A DNA stretch of 64,000 nucleotides from an uncultured virus (IMG/VR IMGVR_UViG_3300025635_000023) (lineage: Duplodnaviria; Heunggongvirae; Uroviricota; Caudoviricetes), in IMG/VR virus record IMGVR_UViG_3300025635_000023; one strand, given 5' to 3'. The notes under the pieces are model-generated. The model made no database searches and was not told the DNA's origin. It saw nothing but the letters and a program-made list of their open reading frames with translations. Of this stretch, positions 1-9,547 are shown in pieces. The position numbers were made by a program, and so were the translations under genes. Every line of letters begins with the position of its first letter. Within the stretch, counting starts at the first letter, position 1.

Positions 1-2
1 AA

Positions 3-1925
3 GTGCAAATCGTCCGGAGTGAGTGCGATCTCGTGCGTACGTTGGAAACGTTCGAATTCAGTCCCGTGGTTTATTTAGACACGGAAACTACTGGGTTAGA
101 TCCTCGGGCTTCTCAGCTGCTTATGGTACAGCTCGGTACGGAGGAGACTATCTATGTTTATGATTTTACGCGCATTCCCTTACCTGCTTTGCGTCACTTT
201 GAGGGTGTGTTAACCTCACCACAAACGATCAAAGTTATTCATAATGCGTCGTTTGATCTTAAGGTGTTTTACCACTTTGCTGGGTATATGGTTGGGCCAG
301 TACACGATACGCGGTTCGCGGAGGTTCTGATTAAAGCTGGTATTGAGAATAAGTTTGATCTTGCCTCTGTGGCACAGCGTCGATTAAAAGTGTCATTGGA
401 CAAGTCTGTTCGTGATACATTTATTGGCGCATCAGGCATTGACTTGACAGACGATCAGATTACGTACGCCGCTACTGATGTTGCGGTATTACCTGCGATC
501 TATGCTCAGCAGCTGAAGGACATTCTCGATGCCGACCTACATCAAGTATATCAACTAGAGATGGATCTTGTACCAGTAGTCGCGAAGATGGAGTACACTG
601 GCATGCCATTTCAGAAGGACCATTTGATTGGTATTCAGCCAGTGCTTGATCAGTTAATAGCTGAGGCTGAGCGGGGCATGCAGGACGCGCTTATTAGCGC
701 TGGGGTTGTGGACCAGATCGTGTTTACAAAGGACGGGTATAGTGCGATTAACACCTCGTCCAATCAGCAAATGCTGGCCGCATTTAACGCTCTTGGTATA
801 GACGTTACCGACCTCAATGCACGCACGGTAACAGAGTGGGATTACCGTAATCGTAAGACTGCTTCAAAGTACGTACCGGACTCGTCGTTGTTCGAGGATG
901 AGCTGCTCGAGTCGATTGACGCGTACGGTCGTTACGAGAATTTCTACCTTCGTATGCACGCGTATCTTGGCGGTGCACGGAAGCTTCAATCCACTTACGT
1001 ACAGGGGCTCCAGTCAATGGAGTCGCCTATTACTAAGCGTATCCATGCGACGTTCACGCAGATTGGGGCCGCTACTGGACGGTTTAGTAGTTCACGACCA
1101 AATATGCAGAATCTTCCCTCGGATCAGAAGATGAAGAACTTAGGATTACCACATAGCATACGTCATGCATTCGCAGTGAATGCAGAGACGCATCGAATGA
1201 TTATCGCTGACTACTCAACCATTGAGCTAGTAATTATCGCCGACGCCAGTGGGGATGAGGTTTTGGATAGTCATCTGGATGACTTGCATACGTTTGTTGC
1301 CCAGCAGATTCTTGGGGTCAAGGATATCAACAACAAGAACAAAAAAGAGCATCCATACAGGATCTGGCGTGATGTTGCCAAGATGGTGAACTACTCGATT
1401 GCTTACTCAGTTGGTGGCGAAAGTTTGGCCAAGCAGATGACCATTCAACTTGCCCCGCTGAATGTGAAGTTCAATGCAGCACAAGCGGATAAGATTATTG
1501 ACTCATGGAAGGCGTTGTTTCCTCAAGCCACTGCTTGGCTCAAGAAGAGTGCTCGCAGTGCGGTAGTATACGGATGGGTAGCGGATTCGTTTGGACGCCG
1601 TCGCTACTGGAACAGAGACGAGTTCTCTCAGAAATGGAAGAAGGAGGCAGCAGAGCGTGAGGCGATGAACTTCCCAATTCAGGGGCTATCAGCTTCGATG
1701 GTAAAGTTGGCGCTTGTTGACACGTATAAACGGTTGGACGAGCAGCAGGCGTCTATCATCTCGACAGTGCACGATGAGATCATACTTGAGAGTACCATTG
1801 CGTACGCAGAGACTGCGGCCAGTATACTCAAGGATGCAATGGAGAAGGCAGCACGTCAAGTGTTACCGCGGTTAGGTTCAAGTGTAGTAGTAGAACCCGC
1901 AATTAGTACGAGGTACGACAAATGA
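3..1925 (+). CDS. polA: Family A DNA polymerase with 3'-5' exonuclease domain
   Basis: Exo motifs YLDTETTGLD and HNASFD; polymerase motifs ATGRFSSSRPNMQN, IIADYSTIEL, AKMVNYSIAY, TVHDEI. Start lies at the window edge. Confidence 0.95.
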   Translation: MQIVRSECDLVRTLETFEFSPVVYLDTETTGLDPRASQLLMVQLGTEETIYVYDFTRIPLPALRHFEGVLTSPQTIKVIHNASFDLKVFYHFAGYMVGPVHDTRFAEVLIKAGIENKFDLASVAQRRLKVSLDKSVRDTFIGASGIDLTDDQITYAATDVAVLPAIYAQQLKDILDADLHQVYQLEMDLVPVVAKMEYTGMPFQKDHLIGIQPVLDQLIAEAERGMQDALISAGVVDQIVFTKDGYSAINTSSNQQMLAAFNALGIDVTDLNARTVTEWDYRNRKTASKYVPDSSLFEDELLESIDAYGRYENFYLRMHAYLGGARKLQSTYVQGLQSMESPITKRIHATFTQIGAATGRFSSSRPNMQNLPSDQKMKNLGLPHSIRHAFAVNAETHRMIIADYSTIELVIIADASGDEVLDSHLDDLHTFVAQQILGVKDINNKNKKEHPYRIWRDVAKMVNYSIAYSVGGESLAKQMTIQLAPLNVKFNAAQADKIIDSWKALFPQATAWLKKSARSAVVYGWVADSFGRRRYWNRDEFSQKWKKEAAEREAMNFPIQGLSASMVKLALVDTYKRLDEQQASIISTVHDEIILESTIAYAETAASILKDAMEKAARQVLPRLGSSVVVEPAISTRYDK

Positions 1926-2872
1926 CACGTAAGTTAGACACGACCGGATTGAACTTTGGGGATAATCCTCAAGACTTCGAATACTACCCAAGTAGTATTA
2001 TTTCACTAAACCAGTTACTTGGTGGCCAAGGGATTCGCGGGGGGTTGATTGTTCAGCTCCTCGCAGACGCAGGACATGGTAAGACAACATTAGCTCTTGA
2101 TTACGTAGCTCAGGCACAGCGTAAGGGTATAAAAGACGTGCCAATTACTATCGGTAAAGTAACGCGTAATATCAATGCGCTTTTCATCGATCTTGAGCGA
2201 ACATACGATGCCACGTATGCCGCTACCATCGGTGTAGATACGAGTAAGCTGCTTGTATACAAACCTGATTTTGCTGAGCAAGCATTACCGCAGGTTGAGG
2301 CACTATTGTCCCAAGGTCTTCAAGTTGTAGTGTTTGATAGTGTACCCGCAATGATTACCAAGGACGAGTTTGAAAAGGACATGGACGACCCAGCGCGCAT
2401 GGCCGGATCTGCTGGTGTACTAAGCCGTTGGTTAATTCGCCTTGTGGGTTTGGTCGATAACGCAAAAGCACTTATGGTTTTTATCAATCAGTATCGTGCT
2501 AACCTTTCACCAATGGCGCGTACTAATAAGAAGCCGTTTGGACCATACGCGTTGCGATATAATTCCGGCGTAATTATCGAGCTTGTTCGTATTAAGACTG
2601 AAGAAGAACTTGTTACCATCCAAGCAACGGTGTCGAAGTCTAAGCAGGGTGGTAATGGTTCACGATGTGAGTATATTATGCGACAAGGACGTGGACTTGC
2701 GCCTGAGTACGACGTGTTGTCGTTAGCTCTAGAGTATGGTATAATACGGAAAGCCGGGGCGTGGTATGAATTTAAAGGGCAAAAGGCTCAGGGTCTTGAA
2801 AACTGTTTACAACAGTTTGATATGACAGAACTTCACCGGTTAGTTTTAGAAGGGAGATCCAGCAATGAGTGA
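1922..2872 (+). CDS. RecA/UvsX-like recombinase
   Basis: Walker A AGHGKTT, FIDLE, VVVFDSVPA, FINQYR, C-terminal KAGAWY. Confidence 0.9.
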   Translation: MTRKLDTTGLNFGDNPQDFEYYPSSIISLNQLLGGQGIRGGLIVQLLADAGHGKTTLALDYVAQAQRKGIKDVPITIGKVTRNINALFIDLERTYDATYAATIGVDTSKLLVYKPDFAEQALPQVEALLSQGLQVVVFDSVPAMITKDEFEKDMDDPARMAGSAGVLSRWLIRLVGLVDNAKALMVFINQYRANLSPMARTNKKPFGPYALRYNSGVIIELVRIKTEEELVTIQATVSKSKQGGNGSRCEYIMRQGRGLAPEYDVLSLALEYGIIRKAGAWYEFKGQKAQGLENCLQQFDMTELHRLVLEGRSSNE

Positions 2873-3215
2873 TCTGCAAACTTGGGTATCCAATGCACCT
2901 GACTACTATGATATGACTCGTGCGTATAAGTCGCTGGGCCGTATTAAGCAGCTAGTCATTTTAAAAGAGCGTGATATCGAACGGATTGAGCAACAGATAG
3001 TAATCGAGGATGACAAGCCTCGAAGTAATGCAGCAAGAGCAAAACGATTTCAAGCCACAGCAGTATTGTTAGATGAACTGGCAGAATTGAAAGGTGAGTT
3101 AGCGGTGTTAGATGCGTATTGCAAGCAGCTCGAGTTTGCCAAGTCGATGTTTGCGTCATCAGCATATACGATCAAAATGCGGTTTGATTCACCAGTAGGA
3201 GATGACAGTGAGTAA
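2865..3215 (+). CDS. Coiled-coil protein, possibly UvsY-like recombination mediator
   Basis: Helical 116 aa ORF coupled to the recA-like gene; function inferred from position only. Confidence 0.5.
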   Translation: MSDLQTWVSNAPDYYDMTRAYKSLGRIKQLVILKERDIERIEQQIVIEDDKPRSNAARAKRFQATAVLLDELAELKGELAVLDAYCKQLEFAKSMFASSAYTIKMRFDSPVGDDSE

Positions 3216-3978
3216 TCTACCAGAGTTTAGTGCTTCGCGGTTCAACACGTACAAAACGTGTGCTCGTATGTACTACTATCAGTATCATGAGTCACAGCCA
3301 AAAAGCGTTCATGCGTACACAGTGATGGGTAGTGCGTTGCACTACGCGATCGAGCACTACTACAAGTCAAAAGAACTACCGTTGAGTGTATTCTCGACAA
3401 AGTTTAATGAGTTGTCTCGGGCAGCTGCGTCCTCTGAGACTGGTATCGTGGCTGGTAATCTTATTAGTAAGGCACACCAGATTGGTCAGGACATTATTCG
3501 TGAGTTTGATTGGGGTAAATTAAACCCAGTCGAGATTGAGTTTGGCTTTCGACTTCCTTTTCCGCGGGAGAATCCGCTAGTAATTATGCGCGGGTTTATC
3601 GACATGATTACTGAGGAAGGATACATTCTTGACCATAAGAGTGCTGGCAAGCGGCCAACCAAGGCAGAGCTTGCAGTAAATCCGCAACTTTTATTGTATG
3701 TATGGGCATACGAGCAAGTGTATGGGAAGAAACCAGAGAAAGTATTCTGGCATCACCTACGAACCGCTGAACTTATTGAAGCCGACGTAATGGTAGACTA
3801 CGAGCAAAAACTTGCGAAGCTTACTGAGCTTCTTCAGTCGATTCTTAGTGATAAGCAATTTATTAAGCAACCTTATGGGTATTTTTGCACTAATCTTTGC
3901 AGCTATCACGACCTTTGCTGGGTAAACACACATGAAAAGTCGTCTGTTACTTCGGGAGGAATTGAGGGACTATTTTAA
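3202..3978 (+). CDS. PD-(D/E)XK (Cas4/RecB-like) exonuclease
   Basis: FSASRFNTYKTC, GSALH, GFIDMI...ILDHKS, QLLLY, C-terminal C...C.YHDLC. Confidence 0.85.
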   Translation: MTVSNLPEFSASRFNTYKTCARMYYYQYHESQPKSVHAYTVMGSALHYAIEHYYKSKELPLSVFSTKFNELSRAAASSETGIVAGNLISKAHQIGQDIIREFDWGKLNPVEIEFGFRLPFPRENPLVIMRGFIDMITEEGYILDHKSAGKRPTKAELAVNPQLLLYVWAYEQVYGKKPEKVFWHHLRTAELIEADVMVDYEQKLAKLTELLQSILSDKQFIKQPYGYFCTNLCSYHDLCWVNTHEKSSVTSGGIEGLF

Positions 3979-4318
3979 TGACAGACTTCCCACCGATGAT
4001 GGAATCTCATATCAGCAGGCATTGCAGCAAAATGCTCGGTTTATGCTAGATAATCATCCAATGTCATTAATTTTATTACGAGAGTGGGGCGAGGGTTACA
4101 CACTATTTGAGATATCGATGCGGAACGGTCTCCATTTAGGAGTTGTCCGCGATATTTTGAAGTTTTGTTTTGAGTTACTAGGGCGTAAGCTTGATGTTGA
4201 AGACGGGAGTGTTTTGAACACTATTCCTGTACAACTAAGGCCGATGGCTAAAAACGTGTTTCATGCATATTACGACACGTTTACAGAATTACCAGAGAGG
4301 GAGGTAGATATGGTATGA
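3932..4318 (+). CDS. Hypothetical protein, possible HTH
   Basis: Overlapping ORF within the operon; EGYTLFEISMRNGL resembles an HTH. Confidence 0.55.
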   Translation: MKSRLLLREELRDYFNDRLPTDDGISYQQALQQNARFMLDNHPMSLILLREWGEGYTLFEISMRNGLHLGVVRDILKFCFELLGRKLDVEDGSVLNTIPVQLRPMAKNVFHAYYDTFTELPEREVDMV

Positions 4319-4548
4319 AAAAACGAACACTTACCGAAGATGCACTGCGTAAAGTGCATATAGAGGTGGACGGATCGGTCGTCGCTTTAGTAGTGTCGAG
4401 CTCATGGGCAGGGGAAAAGCAGCCATTGCTTATCCCACTCTTTGTGGAAAATGAGCCTACAGTGCAGCAATCACTAGATAAGATTGCAAGTCATTTGGTC
4501 ACTTTCGGATTGTACATTCGCGAGTTGGCTCGAGAGGAGAAGAAGTGA
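4315..4548 (+). CDS. Hypothetical protein
   Basis: ATGA overlap with the upstream gene, GGAGG upstream. Confidence 0.6.
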   Translation: MKKRTLTEDALRKVHIEVDGSVVALVVSSSWAGEKQPLLIPLFVENEPTVQQSLDKIASHLVTFGLYIRELAREEKK

Positions 4549-5567
4549 AAGGCGTTTATTTTAGTAATGGCCGCTACGGCATTCGTTGGTGGGATCCAGA
4601 ACTGAAGAAGTCTATTCATGGCGGTCGTTTTGCCACTTACGAGGAGGCGTGTGAAGCGCTTATTAATCGCACCAAAGCGGATGATAAACCGATTATTACC
4701 GGCGTTAGTACGCAGATAGATGATAGCGAGTTTGAGGAGTTAGTTGCTATTGGTGCTAAGGCATTTAAAGTTGCAAAGGAGCAGCATGATGCGAAGAACA
4801 GTCAGCATATTTATCTTGGAGAGAAACCTACGGGAATTGCGTTCTTAAGTGATCTCCATCTGGGTAACGCGGGGACTGACTACGAGGCTATTCTTCAAGA
4901 CACCAACCTCATTGTCAATACTCCGGGAATGTACGCTGCTTTCCACGGTGATGGTATTGACAACTGGATTGTTGGTAAGCTACAGGCACTTCAGCGAGGG
5001 CAGGCAGGGAGCTTCCAGTTCGAGATCAACATATTTCGCAGCTGGCTTCGCAAGATACATGAGAAGTTGTTGTTGGTTGTAGCAGGTAATCATGACAACT
5101 GGACCAAGAAGATTGCGGGCTTGGATCTTATTCCAGAGTTGTTGGGTGACACTCATGTCATATATGACCCGTATGAGGCGCGTGTGTCGCTTTATTGCGG
5201 CCCTGCAGCATGGAGTGTTTTGATACGTCACCAATGGAAATACAGCAGTATTTTTAACCCTACGCACGGTATTGAGGTTGGCCATGATCGTATGAGTCAT
5301 CCATTTGACATTGGGATCGGCGGGCATACGCACATTGGCACGCTGATGCGGCCATTCTTTCGGCACGGTCGTGAGAAACTTGCTATACTTACTGGAGCAT
5401 ACAAGCGATTTGACTCATACTCAAAAGAGTTAGGGTACGCAGAGACAGTTACGACGGGTTGCGGTGCGGTAATTTTTCATCCGGACGGTCGTATCTGGTA
5501 CTCATCTAACCTGAAGACAGCGTGTGAGTATTTAACGTATTTACGAAAGGGGTATCGTGATGAGTGA
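4545..5567 (+). CDS. Calcineurin-like metallophosphoesterase with N-terminal AP2-like segment
   Basis: SDLHLG, GDGID, GNHD, GHTH motifs; N-terminal KGVYF..GRYGIRW...GRFATYEEA. Confidence 0.8.
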   Translation: MKGVYFSNGRYGIRWWDPELKKSIHGGRFATYEEACEALINRTKADDKPIITGVSTQIDDSEFEELVAIGAKAFKVAKEQHDAKNSQHIYLGEKPTGIAFLSDLHLGNAGTDYEAILQDTNLIVNTPGMYAAFHGDGIDNWIVGKLQALQRGQAGSFQFEINIFRSWLRKIHEKLLLVVAGNHDNWTKKIAGLDLIPELLGDTHVIYDPYEARVSLYCGPAAWSVLIRHQWKYSSIFNPTHGIEVGHDRMSHPFDIGIGGHTHIGTLMRPFFRHGREKLAILTGAYKRFDSYSKELGYAETVTTGCGAVIFHPDGRIWYSSNLKTACEYLTYLRKGYRDE

Positions 5568-5739
5568 TTATTGTGAGCAATGCGGCGATGTTATTGATGA
5601 AAATCAGTACGACGGTATTTGTCGTTTCTGCTACCTGCAAGGGCACCCAGAAGAAGACCAGCGTACTGCTGAATATCAAGCGCTGCAGGAGATTGCAATG
5701 CGTCACCACTACGCACAGGTATACTATGGTCAAGACTAA
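5557..5739 (+). CDS. Small CxxC...CxxC zinc-finger protein
   Basis: CEQC and CRFC motifs; coupled to neighbouring genes. Confidence 0.55.
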   Translation: MMSDYCEQCGDVIDENQYDGICRFCYLQGHPEEDQRTAEYQALQEIAMRHHYAQVYYGQD

Positions 5740-5935
5740 TCGTACAAGTCAACTTTTACTTCAGGAGCTGGCTGAATCAGGGACTACGGCAGAAGATTTG
5801 GCAGAATTCATGGATGTTTCTGTCGAGCGCGTGTGGCAGATTCTCAACGGAGAAATCACGCCGCAAGTATCGGAGCGATTAAAGATCGCTGATTGGTTTT
5901 CGCTTAATCCATTAGTACTGTGGGGGACTCGCTGA
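5726..5935 (+). CDS. XRE-family HTH protein
   Basis: TAEDLAEFMDVSVERVWQILNG; ATG at 5726 inside track ORF 5564..5935. Confidence 0.7.
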   Translation: MVKTNRTSQLLLQELAESGTTAEDLAEFMDVSVERVWQILNGEITPQVSERLKIADWFSLNPLVLWGTR

Positions 5936-6624
5936 TGTATGTAAAACTGCAAGGAAAAACGCAGCCAGAGGACGCAGCAATCTCTATTGAGGAGTTTGTT
6001 ACGTACTTAGCTCGAGTGAGCAACCCTAAGAATCAAGGGAATCACGCAACAAGCAAACGTCTTTGGCGATACTTGCTCCGAAAGAAACACTACTCGCCGT
6101 TAGAGATGGTTAACTTAGTCATTGAGATTGTTGCGCCGCGTGACATCACACGGCAGATTTTACGGCATCGAAGCTTTGCGTTTCAGGAGCTGAGTCAACG
6201 GTACACAAGTCCGTTGGAGCTTGGTAAAGAATTGCGAGAGGCACGCTTACAGGACAACACTAATCGTCAGAACAGCATCGAGCTTCCTGATGGTCCTGAG
6301 AGCGAATGGTTACGGGAAGAGTGGGCACGGCGTCAGGCACGCGTCATTGACGTCGCCCATGAGCAATATAACTGGGCGCTTGAAGCTGGAATCGCAAAAG
6401 AATTGGCCCGGGTTGTACTTCCAGAGGGGAACACGATGTCTCGTATCTACATGAATGGTACGCTACGGTCATGGTTACATTACTGTTATGTACGCATGGG
6501 GCCTGAGACACAGAAGGAACATCGTGAAGTGGCTACGAAGTGTTGGGAGATTGTGGTGTCGGTTTTTCCTGTTCTTGGGGAACCTGAGTTTAATCCACAA
6601 AACGCATGGAAAGGAGAGGAGTGA
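5935..6624 (+). CDS. thyX: Flavin-dependent thymidylate synthase
   Basis: RHRSFAFQELSQRY signature, KELARVVLP, TQKEHR. Confidence 0.93.
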   Translation: MYVKLQGKTQPEDAAISIEEFVTYLARVSNPKNQGNHATSKRLWRYLLRKKHYSPLEMVNLVIEIVAPRDITRQILRHRSFAFQELSQRYTSPLELGKELREARLQDNTNRQNSIELPDGPESEWLREEWARRQARVIDVAHEQYNWALEAGIAKELARVVLPEGNTMSRIYMNGTLRSWLHYCYVRMGPETQKEHREVATKCWEIVVSVFPVLGEPEFNPQNAWKGEE

Positions 6625-6626
6625 TT

Positions 6627-6974
6627 ATGGAGTCAAAGCACACAGCGGAGCTCATACGTGTTGATGCGTATGAGGCGTACCCAAAACAGCGTGCGGAGTT
6701 TGAGGCCATTCTTCAGCAGTTACTGCGATTACACATTGCAAAGACCGCCGATTACAGCCCTACAAACATCAATGGGGTCGGAGAAATTGGTATTACGGTG
6801 CGTCTCTGGGACAAGATGGCACGGTTAATGAACTTGTTGGGTTGGGATATTACGACGGGGTCACTGCGGAACGCAAAAGATCCGAAGAATGAGCCAATTG
6901 AAGACACACTTCTTGATTTGGCCAGCTACGCGATTATTATGCTAATCTACCGCCGCGGTAAATGGGGGAAATAA
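6627..6974 (+). CDS. DUF1599 / nucleotide-modification-associated domain protein
   Basis: KTADY...VRLWDKMARL...EPIEDTLLDLASYAII. Confidence 0.75.
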   Translation: MESKHTAELIRVDAYEAYPKQRAEFEAILQQLLRLHIAKTADYSPTNINGVGEIGITVRLWDKMARLMNLLGWDITTGSLRNAKDPKNEPIEDTLLDLASYAIIMLIYRRGKWGK

Positions 6975-6975
6975 G

Positions 6976-7260
6976 ATGAGTGAAGAAATGAATGTGCCCG
7001 TAGTAGTAGTACCGGAGTATAATCCCGCTACTGATCCTATGCATCCGTACGGTAAAGCGTGTAGCGTCTGCTCCACTGAATTTGACGAAGATGAGTGGGG
7101 TATCATGGGGTGGTTGGGTATTCTTCCGGTCAGCTTTTGTGTGACATGTACAACTGGTATCTATAACATGGTGCTACAATCGCTGGACGTTGAGGAAGTA
7201 GAGATGATTCTTGAAGAGAAGCGTGCTGAAGCAGCTGGAGAAGTAACTCAGCAAGCGTAG
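6976..7260 (+). CDS. Hypothetical zinc-binding protein
   Basis: CSVC and CVTC motifs. Confidence 0.6.
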   Translation: MSEEMNVPVVVVPEYNPATDPMHPYGKACSVCSTEFDEDEWGIMGWLGILPVSFCVTCTTGIYNMVLQSLDVEEVEMILEEKRAEAAGEVTQQA

Positions 7261-7266
7261 TAAGGG

Positions 7267-7300
7267 GATGCAGCATCAGCGTAGATGCTGCATTCTTTTT
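7267..7300 (+). terminator. Intrinsic terminator-like hairpin directly before tRNA-Arg
   Basis: GATGCAGCATC-agcgta-GATGCTGCATTC followed by TTTTT. Confidence 0.55.
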
Positions 7301-7376
7301 GCCGGTGTAACTCAATGGACAGAGTAACTGCCTTCTAAGCAGTAAGTTGTGGGTTCGAGTCCCGCCACCGGCACCA
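7301..7376 (+). tRNA. tRNA-Arg (anticodon TCT)
   Basis: Acceptor stem GCCGGTG/CACCGGC plus ACCA, anticodon arm ACTGC-CTTCTAA-GCAGT, T arm GGTTCGAGTCC. Confidence 0.95.
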
Positions 7377-7404
7377 GATTTTTACTAAAAGAGGTACTAA
7401 TGGA

Positions 7405-8208
7405 ATGAATGTTATTTTAGGTGTGTATAACGGGTATAATAGTTTAAAAACTCATAAGGGTGGAATTTATTATTTTGCCAAAAGTTTACGAAAGTATAAC
7501 CAAGACTGCAAAGTGATTGTACTCTGCGAAAAGCAAAAATTATTTAAAGAATTAGAAGATTTCTGCATCGAGTACAATCTTGAAATTTACAGTGATTTCG
7601 TTTTTAACTATGATTTGATGCTACATCGATACGAGATCTACCATCAAATACTTGAAAATTGGGGTAGTGAAAAAATTGACAAAATAATGCTTTGCGATCT
7701 AGACGATGTTATTTTTCAAGGGGATCCTTTTTCAATTCAGTTTGACGAGCAAATTTACTGTGCTGCCGAGTGTAACATACTTTCAGACAGAGACAATGGC
7801 AGCTCAGGTTTAAATAGATACTGGATTGAGCACGCGTCCTCTGTAGCCGAATACAATAACAACAATTTTGAAAATCAGCCAGTTGTGTGTGCCGGTACAA
7901 TCTTAGGCACGTACTCAGGTATAATAAACTGTTTGCAATTTTATCTCGGCGTGCAGCGCAGAAAATCGGGTTCTAAAGATTTCTTCGATCAAGGATTGTA
8001 TAACATTTATATCTACAACTACATAGACGCACACTCTAGAAAAATTCTACCGCACAGAGACTCTCAGATATTAACATTAGATAGTGTTGTTTTTGATAGC
8101 TTGAATGTTCAAGATAATAAAATAGTCAATGATGTCGGGGAACTCTACATTGTTCTGCACCAAATTAACAGGTGTAATCCTGAGTTTATGAAAAGCTTAG
8201 TTGATTAG
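7405..8208 (+). CDS. GT-A fold glycosyltransferase-like protein
   Basis: MLCDLDDVIFQGDPF, VVCAGTILG, DQGLYN, HQINR. Confidence 0.7.
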   Translation: MNVILGVYNGYNSLKTHKGGIYYFAKSLRKYNQDCKVIVLCEKQKLFKELEDFCIEYNLEIYSDFVFNYDLMLHRYEIYHQILENWGSEKIDKIMLCDLDDVIFQGDPFSIQFDEQIYCAAECNILSDRDNGSSGLNRYWIEHASSVAEYNNNNFENQPVVCAGTILGTYSGIINCLQFYLGVQRRKSGSKDFFDQGLYNIYIYNYIDAHSRKILPHRDSQILTLDSVVFDSLNVQDNKIVNDVGELYIVLHQINRCNPEFMKSLVD

Positions 8209-8220
8209 GAGGAAAGTTCG

Positions 8221-8817
8221 ATGATTCATATTATTACACCCTGCACACGGCCAGAAAATTTAAACATAATGCGGCCAACTGTGCCTACTGCGTGTTCTTG
8301 GGTAATTGTGTTAGATGCTACACAAGCAAATGCTAATATTAGCTTTGATATACCTATTCATATTTCTGATCCTGCTAACTATAACTCAGCAGTTACGCTG
8401 TATCGTTCACCGTATACAGGACACGCGGGCAATCCGAATAGAAACTTCGCTCTTGATCAAATGACTTTTGATGACTTAGACTGGGTGTATATTCTAGATG
8501 ACGACAATATCATTCACCCAAGCTGGTTCAATCGTGTGATTAGGTTGCAGGATGAGCGACTTAACATGATTAGTTGGGGACAAGTATGGAAAAACGGATC
8601 GGTTCGCCTACCACCTTCACCAAACCCTCGTGTGGGTAATATTGACACTTCATGTTACATGGTTCGTGGTCGGTTAATGAAACACCTTCGATTCGATATG
8701 GATTATTGCGCGGATGGTATACTTGCGGAGCGAGCAGCTTCATTTGGGGGTCATCTTTGCCTTGATGAGTATCTCGGATACTACAACTATCTCCGCACAC
8801 CGCCAGACAGAGAGTAG
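8221..8817 (+). CDS. Glycosyltransferase family 2-like protein
   Basis: IITPCTRPENL, RNFALD, YILDDDN, IDTSC, ADG. Confidence 0.75.
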   Translation: MIHIITPCTRPENLNIMRPTVPTACSWVIVLDATQANANISFDIPIHISDPANYNSAVTLYRSPYTGHAGNPNRNFALDQMTFDDLDWVYILDDDNIIHPSWFNRVIRLQDERLNMISWGQVWKNGSVRLPPSPNPRVGNIDTSCYMVRGRLMKHLRFDMDYCADGILAERAASFGGHLCLDEYLGYYNYLRTPPDRE

Positions 8818-8843
8818 CAAAAATAGTAATGATAGTGTATAAT
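8815..8843 (+). promoter_or_regulatory. Putative sigma70-type promoter for tRNA-Leu
   Basis: TAGCAA-17 bp-TATAAT, followed by the inverted repeat AATAACTAGGAAGG/CCTTCCTAGTTATT. Confidence 0.45.
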
Positions 8844-8881
8844 AACTAGGAAGGATTTCCCTTCCTAGTTATTTCATAGTT

Positions 8882-8967
8882 GCCGGAGTGGCGGAATGGC
8901 AGACGCTACGGTCTTAAAAACCGTTGAGGGGGACCTCGTACGGGTTCGACTCCCGTCTTCGGCACCA
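8882..8967 (+). tRNA. tRNA-Leu (anticodon TAA)
   Basis: GCCGGAG/CTTCGGC plus ACCA, D arm GGCGGAATGGCAGACGC, anticodon arm ACGGT-CTTAAAA-ACCGT, long variable arm, GGTTCGACTCC. Confidence 0.95.
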
Positions 8968-8981
8968 AATAAGGAGGTTTT

Positions 8982-9536
8982 ATGACTGAATCAGCTCGCT
9001 TAGCAAATTGCCTAATTATTAATGGGCCAAGTGTAGAAGCGTCCAAGATGAAGACCGCGCTCATGACGAAGAACAAGTCACTACGATCAGACGAAGTAGG
9101 CCAAATTGTCATGGCATACGTGGCAATGGGTGAAATTTCCATAATTGGGAATCTCATGCCGTTTGCTCAAGCAATTCACGAGACAGGGTGGTTTACCTCC
9201 AGACGGTGGTTGGAGAATTATAATCCGGCCGGTATTGGCGCAACCAATGACGGTGCTGAGGGTGGTAAGTGGCTTACTCCCGAAGCAGGTATTTTTGCTC
9301 AATATGCACACTTACTTGCGTACGCAGTTAAGCCTACAGAGTCGTATGCTGGCGTGATGATTTCTCAGCTGCAGTATCTCGCGAAGTGCTCGCCGCGATA
9401 CACGACTTTGGAGCGTTTAAATTTACTAGGTATTGCAACGAAATGGGTAGATCTAAACGGTCGCTGGGCGTATCCCGGCAAAACGTACGCACAGGCAATC
9501 GCAAAGATTGCCGAATTTATTGTCAATGTTAACTAA
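8982..9536 (+). CDS. Glucosaminidase-domain (GH73-like) peptidoglycan hydrolase
   Basis: FAQAIHETGW, YNPAGIGAT, WVDLNGRWAYPGKTY; RBS AAGGAGG. Confidence 0.75.
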   Translation: MTESARLANCLIINGPSVEASKMKTALMTKNKSLRSDEVGQIVMAYVAMGEISIIGNLMPFAQAIHETGWFTSRRWLENYNPAGIGATNDGAEGGKWLTPEAGIFAQYAHLLAYAVKPTESYAGVMISQLQYLAKCSPRYTTLERLNLLGIATKWVDLNGRWAYPGKTYAQAIAKIAEFIVNVN

Positions 9537-9547
9537 GGAGGACACGA

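Noticed and set aside
3202..3978. cas4 as part of a CRISPR system
   Set aside because: Stand-alone PD-(D/E)XK nuclease in a phage recombination operon; no cas1/cas2 or array.
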